A stretch of 64,000 nt of DNA from a virus. The position numbers and the translations under genes were made by a program. The notes beneath the pieces were generated by a model. It saw only the letters and a list, made by a program, of their open reading frames with translations, was not told the origin of the DNA and did not search any database. Positions within the stretch are counted from its first letter, which is position 1. Every line of letters begins with the position of its first letter. Shown here in pieces: positions 36,708-46,031 of the stretch. The stretch is from positions 8,014 through 72,013 of IMG/VR virus record IMGVR_UViG_3300046804_003540. One strand, 5' to 3'.

Positions 36708-37055
36708 TTAGGTAATTTTTAGTTTTGCCGCATCCTGTCTGTCCGAATACAAACAGGTACCTCGGTCACGCACAAGGTCAGCACTGCCTTGTGGATCACG
36801 CTCAAACATTTCTTTGATGTCATCTTTATCAATACCATCTTCAACTTCTATGGCATAGATTTCATAGTGTCGTTGCTGATTAAATTTTGCACGAAGTTTG
36901 AGATAGTGCAGTAGGGTCGCACCACCGTGTCTAGGTGCAGTTCCATCGTAGGTGCCTTGAAGGATTTCAAATGTAATTTGACGATCCGCTTCTGTGGCAT
37001 TGAATACACATTCTACACCAAGTTGATCCCAACTAATAATAAAAGTATTTGACAC
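36708..37055 (-). CDS. Hypothetical protein
   Basis: SWDQLGVE…LRAKFNQQRHYEIY. Confidence 0.75.
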   Translation of the reverse strand: MSNTFIISWDQLGVECVFNATEADRQITFEILQGTYDGTAPRHGGATLLHYLKLRAKFNQQRHYEIYAIEVEDGIDKDDIKEMFERDPQGSADLVRDRGTCLYSDRQDAAKLKIT

Positions 37056-37119
37056 AGCAGTTTCTAAAAATTATCTGTTAGTGTAGCATAAAATAGCAGA
37101 GCGATCAATGCGATTGGCG

Positions 37120-37290
37120 TTATTTTTTATCCTCAAACCATGCGTTTACCATAACATAGCATAGACTGTATATTTCTTTGGTCATTTTGAAAAAACCAAA
37201 AAGTATAAAATAGATGCCCATTGGCACCAACCAAAGAGGACTGGTAATAAGCAGTACAAAGGCTAAGAATTTTTTTACTGATTCGTTCAT
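37120..37290 (-). CDS. Small membrane protein
   Basis: Hand-translated MNESVKKFLAFVLLITSPLWLVP…; ATGA overlap. Confidence 0.55.
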   Translation of the reverse strand: MNESVKKFLAFVLLITSPLWLVPMGIYFILFGFFKMTKEIYSLCYVMVNAWFEDKK

Positions 37291-37484
37291 TTTATCAACT
37301 TATTAAAAATATCTAATTTGTCAATACAGTTAAGGCACAGGGCATTGTAGCGTGGTCCCCCGTGGCCAGACACAGCACCGCCACAACTGGTACAAAGAAT
37401 AAAGGCTTGAGTCACAATAGCACCTTTTGGCGTTTCGTAAATTGGCTCAAGTGTATAGCCAATTATTTTCCGTTCTTCGGTCAT
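37287..37484 (-). CDS. Small zinc-finger protein
   Basis: CTSC…CLNC. Confidence 0.7.
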   Translation of the reverse strand: MTEERKIIGYTLEPIYETPKGAIVTQAFILCTSCGGAVSGHGGPRYNALCLNCIDKLDIFNKLIK

Positions 37485-37720
37485 TGTTCAATCCCAAAAT
37501 GTTCTTCTATGTATGCGGCGGCTTTCAATTGACCTTCATACAACGCATCATTCATACCACGATTGTAGCACTGATCCAAACACTCACGCACAATTAACTC
37601 GGCGAACTTAGCCAATTCATCTTCCCAACACTCAGCAAAGGCTCGCATTGGTGTTTCCGTTGGATCGTAAGTAAATTCAATTTTAGCCTGGCGAGCAAGT
37701 TCTAAAAGGCGTTCGTTCAT
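37481..37720 (-). CDS. MNER…KFAELIVREC…HFG family small protein
   Basis: Three conserved blocks. Confidence 0.8.
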   Translation of the reverse strand: MNERLLELARQAKIEFTYDPTETPMRAFAECWEDELAKFAELIVRECLDQCYNRGMNDALYEGQLKAAAYIEEHFGIEQ

Positions 37721-37986
37721 TCTTCAACTCCGAAATGTTCTTTAATCTCGTCAACGGCATCTTCTTTCAAACGGTATGCGGCAAACAATGCTCCACTTGC
37801 GTTATGTGCTTGTCCTTGGGGCGGGTTCTTGGCAAACTCGTGCCAGCTTTCGCCCATTTCCTCTAACTTGGAGCAACATTCCCTGACAATCAACTCGGCG
37901 AACTTTTCAATATTGCCTTCACCATAACCCATACCATCAATTGAACAATTAGCCTGTTTAGCAAGTTCTAGAATTCGTTCGTTCAT
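37717..37986 (-). CDS. MNER…KFAELIVREC…HFG family small protein
   Basis: Three conserved blocks. Confidence 0.8.
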   Translation of the reverse strand: MNERILELAKQANCSIDGMGYGEGNIEKFAELIVRECCSKLEEMGESWHEFAKNPPQGQAHNASGALFAAYRLKEDAVDEIKEHFGVEE

Positions 37987-38222
37987 TGTTCAACTCCTCT
38001 AAATGTTATTGGACTGGTACCCATCCAAGTTGTGTGGGGTTGATCCACTATTTCTGTCATGTCTCCATAGGTATCAGTATAAAACAATCTATGATTAGGA
38101 TAGTTTCGCTTGCACCACTCTAAGACCGCTTCGGCGTCATTTGTAATGCTAACCGGACCGTCCAAGTCTTGTAAATATACACTTTGATCTACAATGCGAG
38201 AAACTTCAAACCTACACTTCAT
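37983..38222 (-). CDS. Hypothetical protein within the repeat array
   Basis: SITNDAE motif; ends FRGVEQ. Confidence 0.75.
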   Translation of the reverse strand: MKCRFEVSRIVDQSVYLQDLDGPVSITNDAEAVLEWCKRNYPNHRLFYTDTYGDMTEIVDQPHTTWMGTSPITFRGVEQ

Positions 38223-38428
38223 TCTTCAACTCCGAATCGTTGTTTGATCAATTCATCTGCACCGACAGTCTTACCCAACCGATTAGTTGCACAGGCTGAA
38301 ATACATTCCTCAATAATCAACTCGGCGAACTTTTCCAAAAATGCATCCAGTTTTTTATAGTTAAGGTCAAATTCGTTACCGGTTTGATCGTTAGCCTCTA
38401 CTGCAAGGTCTAAAAGTCGTTCGTTCAT
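38219..38428 (-). CDS. MNER…KFAELI…FGVEE family small protein
   Basis: Three conserved blocks. Confidence 0.8.
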   Translation of the reverse strand: MNERLLDLAVEANDQTGNEFDLNYKKLDAFLEKFAELIIEECISACATNRLGKTVGADELIKQRFGVEE

Positions 38429-38431
38429 TCT

Positions 38432-38554
38432 TCAACTCCAAAATGTTTGTTTAAGAAAACTAAAAATAACCATAAAGATCGTGAAGTAAGCAGCCGCTCC
38501 TACCATCAATAGATATGCCACAGCCCACCAGCCTGCCTTCTCGCCTTCCGTCAT
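38432..38554 (-). CDS. Small single-TM protein (MTEGEKAGWW…QTFWS)
   Basis: Hand-translated 40 aa; reads the junction repeat in a different frame. Confidence 0.6.
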   Translation of the reverse strand: MTEGEKAGWWAVAYLLMVGAAAYFTIFMVIFSFLKQTFWS

Positions 38555-38751
38555 TCTTCAACTCCAAAATGTTGTTTTAGATAGTGTGCCGCAGTGGTTC
38601 CTTGTAGCATCGATGAACCCCATTCCACTTCAAACAGGTCAGCACATTCCCGAACAATCATTTCGGCGAATTTTTCATTATCAAAATGAAGTTGTCCTTG
38701 AGGGCGTTCATCCCAGCATTGTTTAGCAAGTTCTGCAATTCGTTTGTTCAT
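38551..38751 (-). CDS. MNKR…KFAEMIVREC…HFGVEE family small protein
   Basis: Three conserved blocks. Confidence 0.8.
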   Translation of the reverse strand: MNKRIAELAKQCWDERPQGQLHFDNEKFAEMIVRECADLFEVEWGSSMLQGTTAAHYLKQHFGVEE

Positions 38752-38780
38752 TCTTCAACTCCGAAATGTTATTTAAAATT

Positions 38781-38999
38781 TCAAGCAACACACTTCTCAA
38801 CATCAGCCAGGATCTTTTTCAATTCTTCCAGGTTAAGTTCCAAATATTTCACTGTGGATTCTGCCACAGCATAGCCCAAAGCACCACCACGGTATTGATC
38901 CCAACTCAGACGATTTGCTTTTAGTTTCAATTCTTCAAGGAACTTTTCCTTGCCGGCGATTGTGTTACGCAGGTTCTCTGCCACGGTCGAGATGTTCAT
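38781..38999 (-). CDS. Small helical-hairpin hypothetical protein
   Basis: 72-aa ORF starting at the junction repeat. Confidence 0.7.
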   Translation of the reverse strand: MNISTVAENLRNTIAGKEKFLEELKLKANRLSWDQYRGGALGYAVAESTVKYLELNLEELKKILADVEKCVA

Positions 39000-39220
39000 T
39001 CTTCAACTCCGAAATGTTCTTTAATCGCTTCATCAGCATAAGAACAAGGGTCCATATAGTAGTCTTCTACTACACGCATACATTCCCGCACAATCAACTC
39101 GGCGAACTTTTCTAGTTCATCAAGATAAAAAATAACTACACCATTTTCACGGATCTGAATCTTTTCAGGTCCACGACCAAGTCTAGCCTGTTCAGCAAGT
39201 TCTTTGATTCGTTTGTTCAT
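38996..39220 (-). CDS. MNKR…KFAELIVREC…HFGVEE family small protein
   Basis: Three conserved blocks. Confidence 0.8.
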   Translation of the reverse strand: MNKRIKELAEQARLGRGPEKIQIRENGVVIFYLDELEKFAELIVRECMRVVEDYYMDPCSYADEAIKEHFGVEE

Positions 39221-39225
39221 TTCAT

Positions 39226-39348
39226 TTACTCAGGAGTAGTTTTACGCACATGGCCACACATATAGCATCGCCACAAATAACCCTTTTTGATACTTTTACT
39301 GTCATCAAAGTTAGGTTGCCAAACATGAAATTTTTTGCAAGTTTTCAT
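39226..39348 (-). CDS. Small zinc-ribbon protein (MKTCKKFHVW…CYMCGH)
   Basis: Hand-translated 40 aa; AGGAG RBS. Confidence 0.6.
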   Translation of the reverse strand: MKTCKKFHVWQPNFDDSKSIKKGYLWRCYMCGHVRKTTPE

Positions 39349-39359
39349 CGTTCAACTCC

Positions 39360-39674
39360 TTAGTATTGATTCAGTGCGGGACAAAGTTCAGCAATCAAGC
39401 CGCGTTCCATGGTGTGTGCAACATCACGACCACGCACTACACCAATTACTTCCATTTCAAAAGCTTCAGCACCGTGTTCACGGATGCTGCGGCACAGGGG
39501 CCAGTCTTTGTTTTCTGTTACAGCCCTGCGAATGTGCTTTTGCATTCGAACTTTGAGGGCTTGTTTGAGCTGTTGGCCGCAAACTGTAATACCAATGTAG
39601 TATTCGCCGGTGTTAGTGTTTGCTAACATATAGACAGCGTGTTTGCGATCCGAGCGGGCTTTGCGTTTCATCAT
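39360..39674 (-). CDS. GIY-YIG domain protein
   Basis: AVY…EYYIGIT, RMQKH, E, LN. Confidence 0.85.
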   Translation of the reverse strand: MMKRKARSDRKHAVYMLANTNTGEYYIGITVCGQQLKQALKVRMQKHIRRAVTENKDWPLCRSIREHGAEAFEMEVIGVVRGRDVAHTMERGLIAELCPALNQY

Positions 39675-39679
39675 AGTGT

Positions 39680-39734
39680 ATTATACAACCAAAATGAATT
39701 ATTTGCAAGCCCAAAATGTAATACTTAGGTATTA
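39680..39734 (-). promoter_or_regulatory. Sigma70-type promoter with upstream palindrome
   Basis: TTGCAA-N17-TATAAT; TAATACTTAGGTATTA at 39719-39734. Confidence 0.7.
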
Positions 39735-39735
39735 G

Positions 39736-39948
39736 TCAGTGCAGTGTATGTGTGGCATGCAAGTCAATGCCAAATGCTTTCATTAAACTTAAAATTTGGT
39801 CGCTGGCCACGGTAGTTTCATCTTCAGGGCACAACAGTGTTTTAAGTGCGCCATTTTTATCTACCACAAAAACATAGTCATCGTCTGCAATGTTATCGAA
39901 AAAATCGTCCTCGGTACCTTCATCAACATTGTTTAAATTTTGTGCCAT
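39736..39948 (-). CDS. Small acidic protein
   Basis: 70-aa ORF ending TLH. Confidence 0.7.
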   Translation of the reverse strand: MAQNLNNVDEGTEDDFFDNIADDDYVFVVDKNGALKTLLCPEDETTVASDQILSLMKAFGIDLHATHTLH

Positions 39949-40585
39949 TTTTTTGTTTCTCCAATTTTTTCAAATAGCGATTGCCTTTACGAACAAATTT
40001 TAACACCACAGGGTCATTTTTGTCAAAGACCCTTGTGTAAGTTTTGTAAAGATTGGTACGCTCAATGCGCCTTGCGCTGTCTTTAATTTCAATTACAGCG
40101 TTTGCGGCCGCTGACCACGCATAAGCATCTAATTCATCGCTGTCACCATAGTAGCATTGTTGCTCACGCTTGGCAGCATTAAGACTGCTGGCTGCATAGG
40201 GTCTGTTCATTTTAAAGTCACGGCGTCTAAACTGATGCATGTGTATAAACTCGTGACCTAAAATGCAAGCAAAGTCTATGCAAAACTCTGCCCATTGCTC
40301 AGGGCCAATGTCATTCTCGTTGAATAACAAATGCTTCCTGATTTTGTGTATGCTGATTTCCATTTCGATTGGCTTATGACCTGCTTCGTCAAGTTCAGCA
40401 TCATACAGTCCTGCTACTGGCAATTGATTGGGCAGTAGATTAAGACTTTGAACGAGAGTAATTTTGCATTCGCGAAATGGAACTGCGGCTTTGATTTTTT
40501 TTAAGAATTCATCACCAGTCAATCTTTGATTATATACTCGTTCGTATAAGCCAAACAATCTTTCCAGTAATTCAAAATAGTTCAT
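39923..40585 (-). CDS. Zincin-like metallopeptidase
   Basis: LGHEFIHMHQ…ELDAYA. Confidence 0.75.
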   Translation of the reverse strand: MNYFELLERLFGLYERVYNQRLTGDEFLKKIKAAVPFRECKITLVQSLNLLPNQLPVAGLYDAELDEAGHKPIEMEISIHKIRKHLLFNENDIGPEQWAEFCIDFACILGHEFIHMHQFRRRDFKMNRPYAASSLNAAKREQQCYYGDSDELDAYAWSAAANAVIEIKDSARRIERTNLYKTYTRVFDKNDPVVLKFVRKGNRYLKKLEKQKNGTKFKQC

Positions 40586-40899
40586 TACTTAAACAGTATA
40601 AAAGCCATCAGCACAGATTGTCCAATAAATCCAATACCAATGGTAATAATATTTAACTGATCTTTAAGTAAAATGGCTCTGCCAAATAACATGACTAAAC
40701 TGATGTAGATAAACAGCACAAGGTCAATGTTTGGTGGTTTGTCAGTGAGTCCGCTCATCAAAGCCAACATACTGGGCACAGTACTGAGATGCAGTGTGAT
40801 TGCAGCCATCCATCCCAATGTTTCAGCAGTTAGTTTTTTTAAATGGTCAAGAAAGAATTTCTTTACAAGTACAAAAAACTTTAACAAACTGTAGTTCAT
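40585..40899 (-). CDS. Three-TM membrane protein
   Basis: Three hydrophobic helices. Confidence 0.75.
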   Translation of the reverse strand: MNYSLLKFFVLVKKFFLDHLKKLTAETLGWMAAITLHLSTVPSMLALMSGLTDKPPNIDLVLFIYISLVMLFGRAILLKDQLNIITIGIGFIGQSVLMAFILFK

Positions 40900-40900
40900 T

Positions 40901-41482
40901 TTATTCCTTATAGAAAATGTGTTGACCGATTTGTGCTATGCGTTCTTTGCGCCAACCCGGGCTGACATAGGCAGCATGATAATACATCGCGTTCGTTAAA
41001 CCGGGCAATCTAAAATTTTCCAGTAAAACTTTTTTGGCAACTTCCTGACTTTCTTTATACAAGGGTGCGTACACAGGCTTGACCATGTGTGTGCTTTCGC
41101 AGACCCAGCTGAATTGACAAATTACCTTTTGATAAAATGTATTTTTTTGATAAACAACTCCGCAGACATTGTCTGCAAACTTGCCTGATTGTACACGATT
41201 CATGGTGACCTGAGCAACCGCAACTTTGCCTTCAAATGGTTCAGAAGCTGCTTCCCAATAAATATTTTTGGTTAAGCAGTCTAATTGTCGCTCACGCTCG
41301 GCCATGGTGATTGGTGGATTACTTAGACCTTCGGCAATTTTAAATTTCAAGCTGTCGAATTTGGCTTGAACTGCTGTGGTTCCTAACGCAAATAAAATTG
41401 CGCCGGCTATGACTAATAATAATATTTTGGTTGACTTTATCACTCTGTCATAATATTGATTTGATATAGCGTGTGATGCCAT
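40901..41482 (-). CDS. SleB-like cell wall hydrolase (Hydrolase_2)
   Basis: CL..NIYWEA..E…G..AVAQVT.NR, CQFSW, YYHA.YV.P.W, IGQHIFY; N-terminal TM helix. Confidence 0.92.
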   Translation of the reverse strand: MASHAISNQYYDRVIKSTKILLLVIAGAILFALGTTAVQAKFDSLKFKIAEGLSNPPITMAERERQLDCLTKNIYWEAASEPFEGKVAVAQVTMNRVQSGKFADNVCGVVYQKNTFYQKVICQFSWVCESTHMVKPVYAPLYKESQEVAKKVLLENFRLPGLTNAMYYHAAYVSPGWRKERIAQIGQHIFYKE

Positions 41483-41616
41483 ATGTACTTTCTCCTTTCT
41501 TAAAGAGTGTGTTTTTATATAACTCGTTGGAATTTTATGATCTATGCGTAGTTAATGGATTAACTGCATATATTATAGCGGTTTTTTAGTGATTTTTCAA
41601 GGTTTTTGACTGCTTT

Positions 41617-43551
41617 TTACACTAGTCCGGTGATTTTTCCACCAGCATTACTAATGAAGTCACTGTTCTTGTATTGGTTTAAAATGTTCTGAGCAATGTT
41701 GCCAGACACGGTTGGTTGTGACAATTGATACAACAAATAGTCAGTGCCAATTTGATTTCTGTCTACGCCGTATTCCGGTAAACTGCTGACAAAAGAAAAT
41801 ATTTGACTGTTGTCGCTGAACGCACTAGTAGAAATATTGGCCTTTGCATAATTAGTGGATTCGATGGATAAAAATTGACACACTGTGTTGTAGTTGTTAT
41901 TGATTTTATCTACAATAGTTTTTACAGCTGGATCTGCTGCAATGTTATTTAACAATGCAAGATACTGACTTTGCTTGGCAATACACTGTGTTTGCCACCA
42001 ATCTGGACCACCGGTGCCAGGAATAGCAACTGCCACTCCTTCTACATTGAACTGTACCTGCGGTGGAGGTACAGGAGTATAGTTCGCTGCGGCAATATTT
42101 TCAGATTCACTTAGTGCTACTCTTGCAAAATATCTACTTATTTCGGACAGTACGCTTGTAATTTGTGGTCCATAGTCTGTGGCTGTAAGTTCTGCTATAC
42201 CTTCATTGACTTTTTCTAAATATTCTGTGTAATAGCCCGATGCAGTACCGATGACATTTAGCACGGAAATAGGAGCATTGTTTGCACTCATTGGCAAATA
42301 ATTACGCAACTGTGCAATTATTTCCGGAGTCAGCAAACTGTTATTGGTCTGCAGATCTTCTATACTAGTAGAAGTTTCTGTTTGAATTTTTATAATCAAA
42401 TCTGCTACTTGTATGCCCAAAGTAAAGTTACTGCCAGGAGCTTTAAGATAAATGTCTTTACCTACTTCAGCTAGATTTACAAAACCACTGTCATTGGTTA
42501 ATCCACTAGTAGCTTCTATGCTGGTATAGCTTAAGGGACTGGTAAACAGATCTGTTGGAACTGTTGTTTGTAAAACACTTTGAATTACAGCTAAATCACT
42601 GGCAGCAGTGATAGACTGCAAAATAGCATTCAGCTGTTGAGTATAGTTAGGATTTTCAATCTGTTGATAAATTATGCCAGATTCAAACAATTTTGTACTA
42701 AGACCGCCGATAGCACCAAGTCCATTATCAATTAATGTTTTTGTAACACCGTTGCTGGTTCCAAAAATACCCAAGGCCAGTGTGTCTACTAATTTCCCGA
42801 TGTTTTTAAAAGATCGTATCAGTGCTTCGCTGCCTTTGTAAGCGGCCCACCCTTGTGTAATTAAATCATTATAACTTTTAAAACCAAAATATTGTAAATT
42901 TTTTGCTTCCGATTCTAGTAGACCTTTAGTATAAATGTTGCTGGTCAACACCCATCCCACTACTTGATTTAAAACATTTATAAAATAAAAATTATCCCAA
43001 TAGTTACTACCCGCCAGTCTTGCCATTTGCAAGTCAACATAGTAGACAAAACTGCCCGGCATAGTGGCTTGATACTGTTGGGGCATTACTCCAGTTAGCG
43101 CAGGAATCGCGCTATTAGCCCCAAAAGTTGTTTTTTGTGGATTAGTCCAATAAGTTCTAAAATATCCCGATAGCCACGGTGATACGGTTGTGCCTACTGG
43201 ATAGGTTGAATATTGCTGTCCTGTTGTGGGGTCTATAGTTGTAGATATAGGTGTAGCTGGGTTTCCGTTTGAATCAACATATTTGTAATCTAAGGGGCGA
43301 TTTTTATCAATAAGATAGTTATTACCTAGCGCAGTTGCTACCATGTTACCTAGTGCAGAAATAGACCCTGTATAAACTCCACTTAGATTTCCAGGAGAAG
43401 CATCAGTTATTTGTCTCCAATAGTTAGGATCGAACACCAAATCTTGATTATAACTTGCTCCCCAGGTGGTATCGAAAATGGTTGCGGCGTTTGCACCAAT
43501 AACTGGTCCGTTGGCAAAAATAGCATTAACTTGTTGTGAATAGTCACTCAT
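41617..43551 (-). CDS. Putative virion (tail/baseplate) protein
   Basis: 644 aa, N/S/T/G-rich, charge-poor, near the PAAR gene. Confidence 0.55.
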   Translation of the reverse strand: MSDYSQQVNAIFANGPVIGANAATIFDTTWGASYNQDLVFDPNYWRQITDASPGNLSGVYTGSISALGNMVATALGNNYLIDKNRPLDYKYVDSNGNPATPISTTIDPTTGQQYSTYPVGTTVSPWLSGYFRTYWTNPQKTTFGANSAIPALTGVMPQQYQATMPGSFVYYVDLQMARLAGSNYWDNFYFINVLNQVVGWVLTSNIYTKGLLESEAKNLQYFGFKSYNDLITQGWAAYKGSEALIRSFKNIGKLVDTLALGIFGTSNGVTKTLIDNGLGAIGGLSTKLFESGIIYQQIENPNYTQQLNAILQSITAASDLAVIQSVLQTTVPTDLFTSPLSYTSIEATSGLTNDSGFVNLAEVGKDIYLKAPGSNFTLGIQVADLIIKIQTETSTSIEDLQTNNSLLTPEIIAQLRNYLPMSANNAPISVLNVIGTASGYYTEYLEKVNEGIAELTATDYGPQITSVLSEISRYFARVALSESENIAAANYTPVPPPQVQFNVEGVAVAIPGTGGPDWWQTQCIAKQSQYLALLNNIAADPAVKTIVDKINNNYNTVCQFLSIESTNYAKANISTSAFSDNSQIFSFVSSLPEYGVDRNQIGTDYLLYQLSQPTVSGNIAQNILNQYKNSDFISNAGGKITGLV

Positions 43552-43554
43552 AAT

Positions 43555-44028
43555 TTATTCGTTTCCTGGGTTACCTGCACCATCATAAGTGCCGCCAAAA
43601 TCGCCAGGGTTGGCGTTTGCATCAGCAATAGAGCCTCCCGGTACTCTTGTGGCATAATATAACCAAGTTAAAAACCCCAATTGAGATCTTTTTGCTACCC
43701 ATACATATTCATATCTATTTTCATCGGGTCCGCAATCCTGTGCCCTACGATACAAATAAATGTCATCACCTTTTGCTTGATAATTAAGACCCACTAAATC
43801 TTTACTGATATCAGGCACTCTTGACAAACCCGTTCTCGGATCCACTGCTAATGGTTTTAAAGGAACACTGTCAGTAAAAACATTCATCGCATTAGCAAAC
43901 CGTTGATTAGGACCAAATGCCAATGGTGTTCCTTGCGCCATATAAGCAGCCAGTGCTAACTGCAAAGGACTTAGTTGTGCTTCGGTTATTGGATTATTGT
44001 TTTGATATACTGAAGGTACTGTTGCCAT
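43555..44028 (-). CDS. Putative virion protein
   Basis: Between the PAAR gene and the 644-aa gene. Confidence 0.55.
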   Translation of the reverse strand: MATVPSVYQNNNPITEAQLSPLQLALAAYMAQGTPLAFGPNQRFANAMNVFTDSVPLKPLAVDPRTGLSRVPDISKDLVGLNYQAKGDDIYLYRRAQDCGPDENRYEYVWVAKRSQLGFLTWLYYATRVPGGSIADANANPGDFGGTYDGAGNPGNE

Positions 44029-44031
44029 AAA

Positions 44032-44322
44032 TTAACCAAAGATTACATCGCTGCTAGCGGTTCTAACGGTGTGCCCGCATAGGCCAGGACTGCCTTTTAC
44101 TACAGGTGGAAGACCATTTACTTTAACTACAAATGCAAGACTTCCAGTAGGACCTCCGCAATGTGTAGGTGGGCAACCTTTTAAACCGCAACAGGGATGT
44201 GGAGTGTAAATACAGCCCAGCAGTGCTACAGGTCTACCGTTAACAAAAACATCAGGACTAAAAGGTGCTGTAAGTATACCTCCTGGTCCCAATATGTCTC
44301 CTACTCTTGCTGCTCCTGGCAT
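44032..44322 (-). CDS. PAAR-domain spike tip protein
   Basis: MPGAARVGD, VFVNGRPVA, PH, H, V.VNG.P, CGH. Confidence 0.88.
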   Translation of the reverse strand: MPGAARVGDILGPGGILTAPFSPDVFVNGRPVALLGCIYTPHPCCGLKGCPPTHCGGPTGSLAFVVKVNGLPPVVKGSPGLCGHTVRTASSDVIFG

Positions 44323-44332
44323 ACGAATCCTA

Positions 44333-44638
44333 TCAAGTAATGATGGATCCTTTGCTGACTGTTTTGATACCTGTAGTAGTTTGAATGTAATGACTTTCCA
44401 TCTCTGCAATTACAGGAGCGTGTAGCATTACATGATCAGCACGGATCTCTATAGCAGTATTTATATCCCCCGTAAACAGGCTCTGCACAAGTCCAATACC
44501 CTGATTGCTGGGCAATACTGTACAGGGTCTATCAACTAACCAATTTGAGCCGTTGATTGATTTGATTTTAGCTACGATTTCGTCGCCGTTTACCATTTTA
44601 AATGCAACAATATCGCCTTCTTTGTATGATTTATTCAT
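44333..44638 (-). CDS. Small beta-barrel (Sm-like) phage protein
   Basis: GDIVAFKMVNGDEIVAK…YIQTTTGI. Confidence 0.65.
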   Translation of the reverse strand: MNKSYKEGDIVAFKMVNGDEIVAKIKSINGSNWLVDRPCTVLPSNQGIGLVQSLFTGDINTAIEIRADHVMLHAPVIAEMESHYIQTTTGIKTVSKGSIIT

Positions 44639-44885
44639 TAACATTTGCTCGTTCCTTGAGTTCACTTTCTGTTAGCCTAGCCAGGCCTTGATATCCACCT
44701 TGTACAAACAGTTTACCATCCTTATAAATTTGTGGTACTGTTCTGTGTCCTTCGTTTACAATAAATTGTCTTGCATCAGGATTTTCATCTACACGGATTT
44801 CTTCAAATTGAATGTTTTTTAATTTAAGTAAGTTTTTTGCTTGATCGCAAAAAGGACAGTTGGCTTTACTGTAAACAGTTAACAT
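44631..44885 (-). CDS. Glutaredoxin
   Basis: CPFC, TVPQI, GG. Confidence 0.93.
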   Translation of the reverse strand: MLTVYSKANCPFCDQAKNLLKLKNIQFEEIRVDENPDARQFIVNEGHRTVPQIYKDGKLFVQGGYQGLARLTESELKERANVNE

Positions 44886-44930
44886 AGTTTTCCTTTGTTT
44901 ATTTTAATTAGTCTTAGTAAGCAGCCGAGA

Positions 44931-46031
44931 TTAAATTACTGGTAGTTCGTCATAATTTAAATTGTCTGACATGACTCCTATTACATAGTTGGTTGATTCG
45001 TTTTCTTGCAATGCAGTCTGTTTCTTACTGGTATCACTGTGTTTATTGAACCAAGGAATAGGTGTTGTCTTTGGTGCAGGCAAATGATATTTTAATCCAA
45101 TATCATGTAGTGCTGACTTTGCTGTGTAGTCAACAAAGTCTTTGAGAATAGTTGAACCTAGTCCAATAACAGGACCTTTCTTAAACAAATAATCTGCCCA
45201 TGCTTTTTCTTCACGGATAACATCCATGTACATGGCATAGACTTCGTCTCGGCATTCTTCAGCAGCCTGTGCAAATCTTGCGTCTTCTTTTACCACTTGA
45301 TTGATAATCCAAGCAGTCCAACCTTTGTGCAGCAGTTCATCTTGTAGAATCAAACTAATAATATTGCCGTTGCCAATAAAGATCTTGTTCTCAACCATAG
45401 CAAGACTGGTAGCAAATGACACCATAAAGCGGAATGCTTCTAGTGCATAACTGGCATTCAGTGCAAGCCAAATTGCTTTTATGTGTTCTTTTTCCGAAAT
45501 TTCTTCACCCAGTTCTTTGCGGCAGTTAACCATGTGTAAGCGGTCATAATACTCGCCAACACTTGAAGCCATGTCCACAATTTCTTTAGTATCGTGAATA
45601 GTGTTAAAAACTTCTTTAGGTACATTATAAATGTTACGGATGATATGACTGTAACTACGGCTATGAATATTCGTTTCAAAAAAGGTCCAATTGTAAACAA
45701 GTGCTTCTAACTCCGGTAAACTAACCACAGGTGTAAAGATTTGACTAGGACCACGGCCTTGAAGACTGTCCAGGGCTGTTTGTCTCAGTAAATTGCTGGT
45801 AAAGATATGTTTAACTGCTTCGCTGGCTTCTTTGAAGTCCCCAGCATCTTTGGTAAGACTGATTTCTTCAGGCACCCAAAAGAATCCGCGAGCAGTTTGT
45901 TCAAAGTCTACAACTTTTTTATATTTTACTTCTTCAAATCTTTGAATAGTAACTGGACCTGCAGGGTCAAGAAACATCTTACGATGTAGATAATCTGTAG
46001 TGGTGGCAAGGTTATATTGTTGTTTACTCAT
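44931..46031 (-). CDS. nrdB: Ribonucleotide reductase class Ia beta subunit
   Basis: FFWVPEE, LDSLQGR, ETNIHSRSY, LEAFRF, QDELLH. Confidence 0.96.
   Translation of the reverse strand: MSKQQYNLATTTDYLHRKMFLDPAGPVTIQRFEEVKYKKVVDFEQTARGFFWVPEEISLTKDAGDFKEASEAVKHIFTSNLLRQTALDSLQGRGPSQIFTPVVSLPELEALVYNWTFFETNIHSRSYSHIIRNIYNVPKEVFNTIHDTKEIVDMASSVGEYYDRLHMVNCRKELGEEISEKEHIKAIWLALNASYALEAFRFMVSFATSLAMVENKIFIGNGNIISLILQDELLHKGWTAWIINQVVKEDARFAQAAEECRDEVYAMYMDVIREEKAWADYLFKKGPVIGLGSTILKDFVDYTAKSALHDIGLKYHLPAPKTTPIPWFNKHSDTSKKQTALQENESTNYVIGVMSDNLNYDELPVI

Larger units (their letters stand above)
37481..39020 (-). repeat. Dispersed ~23-bp junction repeat, consensus AACATTTYGGAGTTGAAGAATGA
   Basis: Copies whose terminal TGA ends at 37481, 37717, 37983, 38219, 38425, 38551, 38748 and 38996 (also 13451). 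Confidence 0.85.

Noticed and set aside
37481-39020. CRISPR array interpretation of the recurring 23-bp motif
   Set aside because: Intervals are long, irregular and protein-coding; the repeats are degenerate and there are no cas genes.
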